Source: Malacoraja senta (taxonomy: Eukaryota). From it: a stretch of 64,000 nucleotides of DNA. The notes under the pieces were generated by a model. That model made no database searches and was not told the DNA's origin. It saw only the letters and a program-made list of their open reading frames with translations. Positions 51,168 to 62,640 of this stretch are shown here, one piece after another; position 1 is the first letter of the stretch, and each line of letters begins with the position of its first letter. The position numbers were made by a program, and so were the translations under genes. Location: positions 7,380,001-7,444,000 of the forward strand of contig CM075993.1 of NCBI GenBank assembly GCA_038087875.1, given 5' to 3'.

Positions 51168-51470
51168 CTTTCAGGAGGCAGGGTGGGAGAGACAGAGGCG
51201 AGGCAGCTCTGGGTTTGTGAAAGAGATGTCTGCTTCCTGGGATGAAGGCAGAGATCCAGAAATGGAAGAGAAATGTCTTGAGATAGACCAGGTGAATTTG
51301 AGGACAGTTGGTGTGGAGAAGGTGACACAATTGATGAGTTCTGCACACGGGCATGATGCAGTCACCGTTGTACTAGAGAAGGAGTAAGGAGGGAGTGTCA
51401 GCACTCGCCTCGTGGACAACTGAGAGACATAGCTAGAGCCATGTGAGTGCTTGTGGTCTGACTCCTTTGA
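51168..51470 (-). pseudogene. Degraded PLE reverse transcriptase fragment
   Basis: Frameshifted peptides AELINC..LKFTWSIS and DISLPFLDL, resembling the PLE RT segment after the YxDD motif. Confidence 0.6.
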
Positions 51471-52507
51471 TCTGCAGCAAACAGGTGGAATTGAAAGGTT
51501 GCTGAGGGTTAGCATTATATACATTTTAAATCAACCTTGGACTTTGCTTTAACATTCAGTTCCAGGGCACAATCTGATTCAATATCAACGATTTTATTGT
51601 GCCAACGGTAAAATAAATCAAATATGTATCTCCTTTAATTTTTAATGTATAATATCTACAACCATGAACATTACCTTTTTTTTTTTTTTTTTTTGCATTT
51701 TCAAAAAGATACCCCTCTTGTTATTTTTCCGTCAACATGCTGCATGCAGTCCCACTCAACACACTTAGTATTTAGGTTCTTTATCCTGCAATCTATTTCA
51801 CTTTTGAATACATTGCACTGCCCTGCAGTTATTTCATTTAAATTCATGTTGCACTCGTCCTCGATATTTGCCTTTAATTTTTCTGGCGGCAATTGAATAA
51901 TTGCTTTTAAAGCTGGTCAAGTAATCCTTAAAGTACAGGATCTTCTTGGGTTACAAACATTTTATAGAACGCAAATTCTCAAGTGCATTTTTAAGCATCA
52001 TTCCAGCTTGTAATAATATGGTTTCATGATGTTTATTAATGACTGAATTTAGTATATTTGCCATTGATTAATTATTGCGAGTGCAAGGGTGATTATTCAA
52101 TCAAATTTTAAAATTATAACTTGTACAGCGATACGAAAGAAAATGAATGTTTCTGACGTACGGAGGAATCAGCTTTCAGACAGTTCTCGGTAAGGGAACC
52201 CTTAAGTAACCCGGGTAGACACAAAATGCTGGAGTAACTCAGTGGGTGAGGCAGCATCTCTCGAGAAAAGGAATGGGCGACGTTTCGGGTCGAGACCCTT
52301 CTTCAGAAACGTCCCCCATTCCTTTTCTCCAGAGATGCTGCCTCACCCACTGAGTTACTCCAGCATTTTGTGTCTACCTGCGATTGAAACCAGCATCTGC
52401 AGTTCTTTCTTGCACACTTAGGTAGCCCAGGGTGAGCCTGAAGTCACATTGTAAGCCAGCACCACGTATATCTGACCCAACCAGGGCTAACTCCTCTCAC
52501 ACTGAGC

Positions 52508-52865
52508 AGGGCGGCATGGTGGCGCAGCTCGTAGCACCTCTGCCTCATGGCTACAGTGACCCAGCCCAGGTTCAATCCTGACCTCGGGTATTATCCGTGT
52601 GGAGTTTGCATGTTCTCCTTGCAACCGTGTGGGTTTCCTCCAGATCCTCTGGTTCCCTCCCTCAACCCAAATACATAGTCAGGTTGGTGGGTCGATGGGT
52701 CAATGTAAATTGTCCCCAGTGTAAATGTGAGCAGGAAAATCTAGATGGAGTTGATGAGGATAAGGAGAGAGAGAAAAAAATGTGATTAGTGTAGGATTAG
52801 TGAAAAGGGGAAGCTTGATGCCGGCACAGAATTGGTGGGCCGAGCGGCCTGTTTCTATGCTGTAA
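52508..52865 (+). mobile_element. Older V-SINE copy
   Basis: gggcggcatggtggcgcagc head, ggttcaatcc B box, CR1-type tail. Confidence 0.8.
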
Positions 52866-53557
52866 CGCTCCACGACTATAGTGAAGTGCTGATATTCTGT
52901 GCAAGAATGGCAGTCACATTCAGTACTTGGTCATGTCTTTGGGCTGACTGCAAGGACTGTGTAAGAAAGAGCAGCAACGGTCAGGGTGCTAGGTGGGGAC
53001 TGTAAACATATTATTTAATTGTGGGCCCACAGTACTCCTGAGCAGCCCAAAATTGCACACAAGCAGGGGAAAAGAGACCACTGCTAGCAGGTTATTATCT
53101 TCACAAATCAAGACAAAATTGTGTGGATTACCAAATATAAGGACAAACACACACGAGATATTTGAATTCTTGATTAGTACAGGTGTCAGAGGTTATGGGG
53201 AGAAGGCAGGAGAATGGGGTTAGGAGGGAGAGATAGTTCAGCCATGATTGAATGGCGGAGTAGACTTGATGGGCCGAATGGCCTAATTCTACTCCTTTTC
53301 CTTATGACCTTATGAATACCTATTTTAACTTCTGAGTAATCCTGGCAAATATCTTTAAGGTATTTCACTGCAGAGAGCACTTGAAAATGCAAAACACTAC
53401 ATTTTGACAAAATGTATTAATGAGATCACTAAACAAAAACCTTAACCTGCTAACCTTAACAGCAACATATGAATTAATTTAAATTCCCCAACTACCAATG
53501 TCAGCTTTACACTGCGAAATGCATCCCAAAATGTTCATTAGAGAAAAGTGTACTTAC

Positions 53558-53598
53558 CAGTTTGATTGCTACATACTCATTCGTGTAGAGATTTTTGC
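53558..53598 (-). CDS. CSNK1G1: Casein kinase 1 gamma internal exon (41 nt), (G)KNLYTNEYVAIKL
   Basis: Reverse strand reads tttcag|GC AAA AAT CTC TAC ACG AAT GAG TAT GTA GCA ATC AAA CTG|gtaagt. Contains the VAIK lysine motif of CK1-gamma with canonical splice sites. Too short for the ORF track. Confidence 0.95.
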
Positions 53599-53984
53599 CT
53601 GAAAGGGAAAAAAAGGCATAATTTTTCAGAAGATGATCTTCAGATACAGCACGTCACACACTTTTCTGCATTCAATTGAACCACATAAAAGATATAATAC
53701 ATTAAAAACAATGCAACTGAAAATCACCCAAACCAGTGATGATCAAGACCAAGAGGGACTACATGGAATTTACTCATTTATCCCACCTAAGTGACAATTT
53801 GACTCAATTTGCAGCCTAAAATTAAAAGCGGTTGGTTCGAGCCCGAATCATGAATAGATCACGGATCCTACAATCCAATACAGTACGTAATGCTTCTTTA
53901 GCACACCCTTTTCTTGGGTCTGGTAGTTTGCTTTAGGTACAACCTACAACCTCCAAATAAGCTCTGAACTACATAGACATTAAC

Positions 53985-54394
53985 ATAAAAACATAGAAAA
54001 TAGGTTCAGGAGTAGGCCATTCGGCCCTTCGAGCCTGCACCGCCATTCAATATGATCATGGCTGATCATCCAACTCAGTATCCTGTACCTGCCTTCTCTC
54101 CATACCCCCTGATCCCTTTAGCCACAAGGGCCACATCTAACTCCCTCTTAAATATAGCCAATGAACTGGCCTCAACTACTTTCTGTGGCAGAGAATTCCA
54201 CAGATTCACCACTCTCTGTGTGAAAAATGTTTTTCTCATCTCGGTCCTAAAAGACTTCCCCCTTATCCTTAAACTGTGTCCCCTTGTCCTGGACTTCCCC
54301 AACATCGGGAACAATCTTCTTGCATCTAGCCTGTCCAACCCCTTAAGAATTTTGTAAGTTTCTTTTAGATCCCCCCTCAATCTTCTAAATTCTA
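53985..54394 (-). mobile_element. CR1-clade LINE 3' fragment, young
   Basis: Uninterrupted ORF 54075..54455 C-terminus plus intact tail. Confidence 0.92.
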
Positions 54395-54616
54395 GGCATT
54401 GGTTTTGTCTTCTTGCACTATTAGGGTGTATGTGTGCGCGTGCGCGTGTATACATTTACAGACTACTATGCTTACATATTTTGTTGTGCTACTGCAAGTA
54501 AGAATTTCATTGTTCAATTTGGGACATATGACAATAAAACACTTAATATCCCTTATCTTTTGTAAAAACTAAATAAAATTGTTGTATCCTCAGTCAACAG
54601 GTAAATCCTTCGCACA

Positions 54617-55132
54617 GAAGATAGACACAAAAAGCTGGAGTAACTCAGCGGAACAGGCAGCATCTCTGGATAGAAGGAATGGGTGACGTTTCAGGTCAAG
54701 ACCCTTCTTCAGACTGAGTCAGGGGAGAGCGAGACACAGATAAGGAGGGGTAAGGTGTGAAAACAAGGTTAAAAAAAGATGAAAATCAAGGAAAATATAG
54801 AATAGATCATCGTTAGCTGGGAGAAAGTACCAACGAAGCAAACTGGGATAAAATGCAATCGGGGATAGTCAGACTGGTCGGAGAACTGGGATGGGGGAGG
54901 GGTGGAAAGCAAGGGTTAATTGAAGTTAGAGAAGTCAATGTTCATACCGCTGGGGTGTAAGCTGCCCAAGCAAAATATGAGGTGCTGTTCCTCCAATTTG
55001 CGCTGGGCCTCACTCTGACAATGGAGGAGGCCCAGGACAGAAAGGTCAGTGTGGGAATAGGAGGGGGAGTTGAAGTGTTTAGCAACCGGGAGATCAGGTA
55101 GGTTTAGGCGGACAGAGCGGAGGTGTTCAGCG
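54617..55132 (-). mobile_element. PLE 3' end: GIY-YIG C-terminus, UTR and terminal repeat
   Basis: Reverse strand encodes AEHLRSVRLNLPDLPVAKHFNS...RKLEEQHLIF.LGSLHPSGMNIDFSNF, then a pyrimidine-rich UTR, then the repeat that forms the fold-back arms. Confidence 0.87.
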
Positions 55133-56527
55133 AGGTATTCGCCCTTCGACCAACCTGTTACTACAGTCGGGGCATCTCTTTACACTTCCATGGAATACTA
55201 GGTTTTCATGCTGTGATACGTGTGGACTTGAATCAATAATGACGACTACTTTAACATGTAGTTAAAGTACTTTAAGGGGCATATTACCACATGACTGGAT
55301 GCCGTGCAAGCTGCCCGTGTACTGTGGAATCGTTAAGGAATCTAGCCAGAACAACCTTTTTTATCGTGATAAAATTGGACAATCCACGAGAGGCATTAAC
55401 TGGGCTTTGCAGTCATATCGGTTTTCCCGCAGATTTAGAGGTCAATGTAGGAGAGGGAAACATCACACCACTGGCATTTCAGGACCTCTGTCATCTTGAG
55501 AGATGCCAGAGGCGATGCAGAAGAAACTTTAATCTGCGCCTATCTTGCAAGTGTTTGGATAGGCAAGATGAATCTTTAGATAGGCACAAAATGCTGGAGT
55601 AACTCAGCGGGGCAGGCAGCATCTCTGGCGAGAAGGAATCGGTGACGCTTGCCTTTCTTCAGACGAGGCCCGTTGAATTACTCCAGCATTTTGTGTCTAC
55701 CTTCAGTGTAAACCAGCATCTGCACTGCCCTTCTACACGATATGAAACTTTATCCCACATGATACCTCAAGCAGTTTATCACCGTATGGTGGAAAAAAGA
55801 ACAGGAGCCTTCAAAATGATCCCTCAAAATAACATAGAAAGCTGTGCTTCTGAACCTACTCAAATGTCTTTCCTTCGTCATAAAAGGCAGGGAAGGATTA
55901 TGTGGTCCAAAGATGCAGTGCCCTACATCAACTGGAAATTAGTTCTCTTCATTCCTCTGGAAACTTCAATCTAATCTCAGCATTCTTCATATAGGATCCT
56001 TTATCAGAGGGTGGAGAATCTGTGGGATCCACTGCCACTGATGGCTGTGGAGGCGATCAATGAATATTATTAAGGCAGAGAGTGACAGTTTCTTGATTGG
56101 TACGGTGTCAGGGGTTATGGGGAGAAGGCAGGAGAATGTGGTTGAGAGGGAAAGATAGATGACCCATGATTGAATGTCGGAGTTGACTTGATGGGCCGAA
56201 CGACCCAATTCTGCTCCTATAATTATGGACATGCTGCCTGACCTGTTGAGTTACTCCAGCACTTTGTGTCTTTCCTTGATAAACCATCATCGACATTGTC
56301 TTGTTTCTACATCTTTATGAACTCACCAGCTTATGTTATGAAATGGAATATCATCTTGCAAACATATAGCACCCAATACAAGTGTTTCTCATTTTAGTAC
56401 GTACAACTTTCTGAAGTTGGCTGTAAGTAATGTGCCTTGCAGCATGGCGTGCTTGATATGAAGTACGCTCCTGAAATACCCATGGGATTTTCACCGAGTC
56501 AGCAATAAGGAAGGTAAGTGGGATTAG

Positions 56528-56790
56528 AAACATAGAAACGTAGAAAACAGGTGCAGGAGGAGGCCATTTGGCCCTTCGAGCCAGCTCCGCCATTCATTGT
56601 GATCATGGCTGATCATCCCCAATCAATAACCCGTGCCTGCCTTCTCCCCATATCCCTTGATTCCACTAGCCCCTAGAGCTCTGTCTAACTCTCTCTTAAA
56701 TCCATCTAGTGATTTGGCCTCCACTGCCCTCTGTGGCAGGGAATTCCACAAATGAATCCACAAATTCATTCCACAAAAATTCCACAAATT
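56528..56790 (-). mobile_element. CR1-clade LINE 3' fragment
   Basis: LWNSLPQRAVEAKSLDGFKRELD (ORF 56623..56814) plus tail. Confidence 0.88.
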
Positions 56791-56936
56791 GGTCTTGTGG
56801 ACTGAAGGCAACATGGCACTAACTGACTACTGAACACCTGCCGGTGCTTTGGTCCTTGGCCACTCAATCCAATGACACGATTCAACAACACATTTAATCA
56901 TCTACTGTATGGCAATTGTTACACCTCGTTGAGAGG

Positions 56937-57072
56937 TCCTCCGCTTCTTTCTGGAACAAAGATCAAGCCATCCAACCTCCATCAACATGCTCACCCATCT
57001 GGCAGAACTTGTTCTTACCCTGGACAATTTCACAGTTGATTCTTTCCACTTTCTATTAATAAAAGGTGAGGC
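56937..57072 (+). pseudogene. PLE reverse transcriptase fragment
   Basis: Translates LRFFLEQR...LAELVLTLDNFTVDSFHFLLIKG, resembling the PLE RT region before the G-x-AMG motif. Confidence 0.6.
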
Positions 57073-58103
57073 GACTGATTCACCACCCTCTGACTAAAGC
57101 ATAGAGCATCCCTGGAGAACCAAGATCGGGGACGTTTCGCGTCTGGACCCTTCGTCAGATTAATTGCAGGGGTTCGGGGGGGAGGAAAGAAAGCTAGAAG
57201 AGTGCAAATTCATAAAGAGATTGCCTCCAAATTCATAAAGATATTGCCTCCTAGATTTATCCCTGAATGTATTAAGGTGGGAATCACACACATTAAGGAG
57301 AAGATTAATGATAGCGATTGGAACATTTCACGATGCATAAGTATTTAATAATTTGGACATTATTTCTTTGGACAAAGAGTACTGGGAGATTTTAACTGAG
57401 ATGCATAAAATTGTGAGGGGCTTTGGTAGTAAATAAGAAGGATGGATCTTCATAGCAAAATGGGTCAAAAATGATAAATCAGATTCATAGTGAATAACCG
57501 AAGGATTGGAGCAGAGACAACTATTGGTCAGTAGTTGCTTGGAACTTAGTTTGACGAGGCGGTAAAAGATGAAACATATACCACCTTTAAAAGGCACTTG
57601 GATATGTACTTGGACAACTGAATCCTGCAGGGTTATGGGCCAAATGGCAGATCAGGGAATTTTGCAGTGTGGATCTTTCTTGACCACAGTGGCCATAATA
57701 GGCCCAAATGCACCACAGAATTAATAGAGACCAGATATTCCGTCTAAATGGTCTATGCTGCATTAGAAACAGCCTCTTCTCATTCTGTAAAGGCGACTGC
57801 GGAGGCCTCAATTGGCCCGACTATGGATGGACATGGGGATGGGGACTGGACTTTGTGCCTTCCCTCATAATGGGAACCATTGTGGGGGGATGTTTTCTTA
57901 TGTTTAAATTTCTTTATTATTGTTATGTTGTATTCTTTTTTATGTGCTGCAATGGCAAACCGCATTTCACTTCACCAATTGGTGTATGTGACTAATAAAG
58001 AACCTTTGAACCTTTGCAAGATTTATCTCATTCTGCAATAATTATAAGTAGCTGAGACTCAAAATCTATGTACTGCTCCTACACTACAATCAATTATATC
58101 AGT

Positions 58104-58685
58104 CAGGAATCAGTCAGGAATCCTGGCGACTGCGTAGGACTGGCAGCTTTCTACAGACCTGGTGAAACAGCTGAAGTTCCCACAGCACATTGCCACAACC
58201 ACCCTGAGGCCAGATATCCTCCTGGTCTCAGAGGCGACCAGCAACATTGTCTTGTTGGAACTGACAGTGCCGTGGGAGGACCGTCTGGAGGAGGCCCACG
58301 AGAGGAAGATGACCAAGTATGAAGAGCTGGTCATAGACTGCCGTAAGCAGGGCTGGAAGGCAAGGTGTATGCCCATCGAGGTTGGCTGCAGAGGTTTTGC
58401 AGGGCAATTGCTCTACAAAGCCTTGAGTGCACTGGGTATCAACGGAGTGGCGAGGAGAAGAGCCATCAAGAACAACACAGAGGCAGCGGAGAGGGCCTCG
58501 AGATGGGTCTGGATCAGGAGAGAAGGTCCATGGGGAGGAGCAAATGCCACCTGAACACAAGTCGTGGTCTGATCAACCACGGCTGGGTCTCCTGGGCGAG
58601 GGTGTCTGATGTTGAAAGACCCAAAACACGTAATGACCCCCAGGTTACATCACTGATGATGTGTTCAGGAGCATCACGAGATCAA
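58104..58685 (+). mobile_element. RLE-type (R2-group, HERO-like) non-LTR retrotransposon 3' end
   Basis: ORF 58162..58554: RPDI...ELTVPWE...AHERK..KY..L...GW...IEVGCRGF, a PD-(D/E)xK restriction-like endonuclease. Followed by a stop codon and 3' UTR; candidate TSD atatcagt. Confidence 0.82.
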
Positions 58686-58689
58686 ATAT

Positions 58690-58980
58690 CAGTTTAGTTT
58701 GGAGATACAGCATGGAAACAGGCCCTTTGGTCCACCAAGTCCACCGATCACACTAGTGCTAAGTTATCGCACGTTCTAGTTCCACTTGGTGCACACTAGG
58801 GGCAACGTTACAGAGGCCAATTAGCCGATGAACCCGCACATCTTTGGGATGTGGGAGGAAATTGGAGCATGCGGGGAAAAACCCGCGCGGTCACAGGGAG
58901 AACGTGCTAAGCACACAACACCGAGGTGAGGATCGTACCGGGTTCTCTGACGCAGAGAGGCAGCTGCGCCACCGTGCCGT
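58690..58980 (-). mobile_element. V-SINE copy
   Basis: SINE tail, body and head in reverse orientation. Confidence 0.75.
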
Positions 58981-59568
58981 CCTCATTGAATCTCTGTAGC
59001 TGCTGGATTATACTAAAGGAACACATCATGGCAAGTTTCTCCAGATGATATGACATGACCATCAATAATGACTGCACACTGTGTAGTCAATCACCAATAC
59101 CCAGCAGAACATACACTGCGAACAATATAACGTGCACCTTGAAAACAATGCAAGTGAAAATCATTTAAATAAAATTGTAGTTCAGATGGAAATTTTACAC
59201 TACCACCATCCTTAGGGTCTCATTACTTCACAGACGTCAAGAGGATGATTGCAACTTAAAACCTTTTGTACCAAAATACTGCAACTAGAAGCAATTAAGT
59301 CACACCTGGCAGCATTTCATCGACATTTAGCCACATCTGGGGAGGTTGTTACCAGGTCTGGAGGGTTTGAGTTACAAGGAAAAGGTGAATAAACTGGGTC
59401 TTTTGAGGAGTGACCTTGAAGAGGTATAGAAAATCCTGAGGGACAGAGATAAGGGCAGTACTCACAGTCTTTTCCCCATGGTTGCGAGTCCAAAACCAGC
59501 AGGCATGGGTTTAAGGTGAGAGGGGAAAGATCTTAAAGGTACGTGGGGCAACTTTTTCCAAAGAGGGT

Positions 59569-59642
<74 letters not shown>
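59569..59642. repeat. (TG)n microsatellite within an old CR1 fragment (about 59340-59832)
   Basis: Pure dinucleotide run. Confidence 0.97.
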
Positions 59643-59643
<1 letters not shown>

Positions 59644-59832
59644 ATGGAATGCGCTGCCAGTGGAGGCAATAGGGGCGGATATAATTACAACATTTAAAGG
59701 ACACTCAGACAGTGACACGGATAGGAAATGTTTGATGGGATTGAGGCGGAGTGCAGGCACGTGGGACTAGCTCAGTTAGGCAACTTGGTCGGCATAGATG
59801 AGATTGGCCAAACGGCTTGTTTCCGTGCTGTA

Positions 59833-60032
59833 CGGCTGCTCCTCGACCTACGATGGGGTTACGTTCCGATAAACCCATCGTAAATCGAAAATATCGTAAG
59901 TCGAAAACACATTTAATACAAATTGATCGCGTGACCGGGAGTGCGGTGCGGCTCGCTGCCGCTGCCCAGCGTTTGCTCCATCGTAAAGTCGGTATATCGT
60001 AAGTCGAAGCATTGTAAATCGGGGAGCCTCGG
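59833..60032. mobile_element. Tc1/mariner-pogo (Tigger/MER47-like) MITE with TA TSD
   Basis: TA at 59831-59832 and 60033-60034. Left end ..gctcctcgacctacgatggggttacgttccgataaacccatcgtaa; imperfect TIR at the right end. Confidence 0.75.
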
Positions 60033-60634
60033 TATAGCTCAATTATTCTATGACTCTAATCATAAGTTCATAAGGTTCATTTATTGTCACATTCACCAAT
60101 TGGTGAAGTGAAATTCACTGGCAAGGTCAGTCATACAATTTAAAAGAGCAACAGACTCAGAAAACACATTTTAACATAAACATCCATCACAGTGACTCCT
60201 ACACATTCCTCACTGTGATGGAAGGCGAAAATAAAGTTCCAAGTCCTTCCCTTGTTGTTCTTCCTTGGTCGGGGGCCTCGGGCCCCCCGTTGACGGGACG
60301 GGACAGTGATACACTGTCAGTGATCCAGTCCCGACCCGAAACATCACCCATTCTTTTTCTCCACAGGTGCTGCCTGACCTGCTGAGTTACTCCAGCACTT
60401 TGTGTCTATCTTTGAACCAAGGGTTGATTGGCCTACTGTGATGAATGCTCAGCATCCATTCAAGGCTTTGTGGTTGTTAAAAAACACATGCCCTCGGCTG
60501 CCCTGGCTACAAGCCTCAACAACCCAGCCGCAAACAGAAACACTGGTCATTGTTCACAGTTTGTTAATTCTTGCTCTGGTTTCTTTGTCAACATCAACAG
60601 CAATTAAATTAAATCGTTGGCTATAAAAGTTACA

Positions 60635-61265
60635 TGATAGACACAAAATGCTGGAGTAACTCAGCTGGACAGGCAGCATCTCTGGAGAGAAGGAATGGGT
60701 GACGTTTCGGGTCGAGACCCTTCTTCAGACTGATGTCAGGGGAGTGGGCGGGACAGAGATAGAACATAGTCGGAGACAGTAAGACTAGTGGGAGAACTGG
60801 GAAGGGGGAGGGGATGGAGAGAGAGGGAAAGCAAGGACTATTTGATGTTAGAGAAGTCAATGTTCATACCGCTGGGGTGTAAGCTACTCAAGCAAAATAT
60901 GAGGTGCTGTTCCTCCAATTTGCACTGGGCCTAACTCTGACAATGGAGGAGGCCCAGGGCAGAAAGGTTAGATTGGGAATGGGAGGGGGAGTTAAAGTCC
61001 TGAGCAACCGGGAGATCAGGTAGGTTAAGGCGGACTGAGCGGAGGTGTTCAGCAAAACGATCGTCTCGCCCATGTACAGGAGTTTGCGCCTGGAACAGCA
61101 GATACAGTAGATGAGGTTGGAGGAGGTACAAGTGAACCTCTGCCTCACAGAACAGACTGTCGGGGTCCTTGGATGGAGTCGAGGGGGGAGGTAAAGGGAC
61201 AGTTGTTGCATCCCCTGCAGTTGCAGGGGAAAGTACCTGGGGAGGGGGTGGTTTGGGTGGGAAGG
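60635..61265 (-). mobile_element. Penelope-like (Neptune-type) 3' end: Cys-rich linker, GIY-YIG endonuclease, UTR and terminal repeat
   Basis: Frameshifted GTFPCNCRGCNNCPF...RQRFTCTSSNLIYCICCSR..LLYMGET...RFAEHLRSVR. Further PLE debris continues to about 62745. Confidence 0.87.
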
Positions 61266-62449
61266 GACGAGTTGAGATGGAATTGTTCCTTTCTGTGAGC
61301 TACCCATGCGGAATATCAGGTCCTGTTCTTGCAGTTTGCACGTGGCCTCACTCTGCCCATGGAGGAGTCCGAGGTCGGACAGGTCGGTATGGGAGTGGGA
61401 AGGGAAATTCAAGTGGCCGGCAACTGAGAACTCGAGCTGGCAATCTGGCCTGAAGAAATCTTTAGTCTGAAGATGGGTCCTAACCGTAAAAGTCACGCAT
61501 CCTTTTTCACCAGAGATGATGCCCGATCCACTGAGTTACTCCAGCATGTTGTGTCTATCTCCAGATGGCGACGGTTTGGCGAAGCAGCCACCTAATCCAT
61601 GCTTGGTGTCACCAACATGAAGGAGGTCACATTGAGAGACTGAATGTAATAGACATTGGAGGAGTGAGGTGTAAATCTCTTTTCTCGAAAGAAGAGCTGT
61701 TTAGGTCCCTGAATGGAGGCGAGGGAGATGTATGGACTGGTGTTGTTGGGGAAAGTGCCCGGGGAGGGGGGAAGTGGGAGAGGAAATAAGGGAGAAGAAC
61801 GATCCAGGGAGTCCTGGAGAGAGTAGTTGCTGCGGAAAGCAGAAGTGACAGAGAGGGGAAAGTGCGAGGCTGCGGTATAGTATGGACACTGATAGAAATG
61901 GGGGGGGGGGGGGGGGGGAGAGAGGTGTGTTGGTTGTTGAAGCTATGTGAAAGATAAGGTCCAGGGGTTGCATACCCTGTTCTGGCAGGGTAGATGGGAG
62001 AGATTGAGAGCAGAACTGCGAGGAGTGGAGGAGACGTGGGTCAGGGCTCCGCTCCCAACTGCTGTAGGGGGGGGGGGGGGGGGGGGCGGTGCATCACGTT
62101 TCCAGAATCAGCAACATCTCGGGCGTCTCGGAGTGGAAAGCCTCATGGAAGATGCAGCGGATACAGAGAAACTGCGAGCGAGGGTTGGCGTCCTTGCAAG
62201 AGGATACCAGAGCACCGAGAGGATAGGGCAAGTTTGGAGGAATGCGGGCCACATCCAGGCAGGTAGGACGAGTGTAGATGGGGCATGTTGGTCGGCGTGG
62301 GCAGGTTTTGCTGATGATAGACACAAAGTGCTGGAGTAACTCAGCGGGTCCGGCAGCATCTCTGGAGAAAAAGGGTGCGTGATGTTTCGGATCGGCCCCC
62401 TCTTCGGACGGAAGGGGCCCGTTTCCATGCTGTATGACTCGATGACTAA

Positions 62450-62640
62450 AGGGTCTGTCCCGCTTGGCCGTCATTTACGCGTCACGCAGATGGCGCGCGA
62501 AGATTTTGTACATCACTGCCTATGTCATCAGGCACCGTGTGTGTATCACGTGCGTGTCACGATGTGCGCGTCATGCATCGTGACGTGTAAATGATGTTGT
62601 GTGAATTACGTGCAAATGACGGCCAAGTGGGACAGGCCCT
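62450..62640. mobile_element. Harbinger-type MITE with TAA TSD
   Basis: TAA-AGGGTCTGTCCCGCTTGGCCGTCATTT ... AAATGACGGCCAAGTGGGACAGGCCCT-TAA. Confidence 0.87.

Noticed and set aside
1681..54394. Intact autonomous LINE, PLE or transposase gene
   Set aside because: All coding remnants are short, truncated and mostly carry stops or frameshifts.
58595..58670. Hammerhead in the RLE element 3' UTR (ctgatg...aaac, ctgatga)
   Set aside because: CUGANGA and GAAA boxes are not in the required order with a helix II; likely just a 3' stem-loop.
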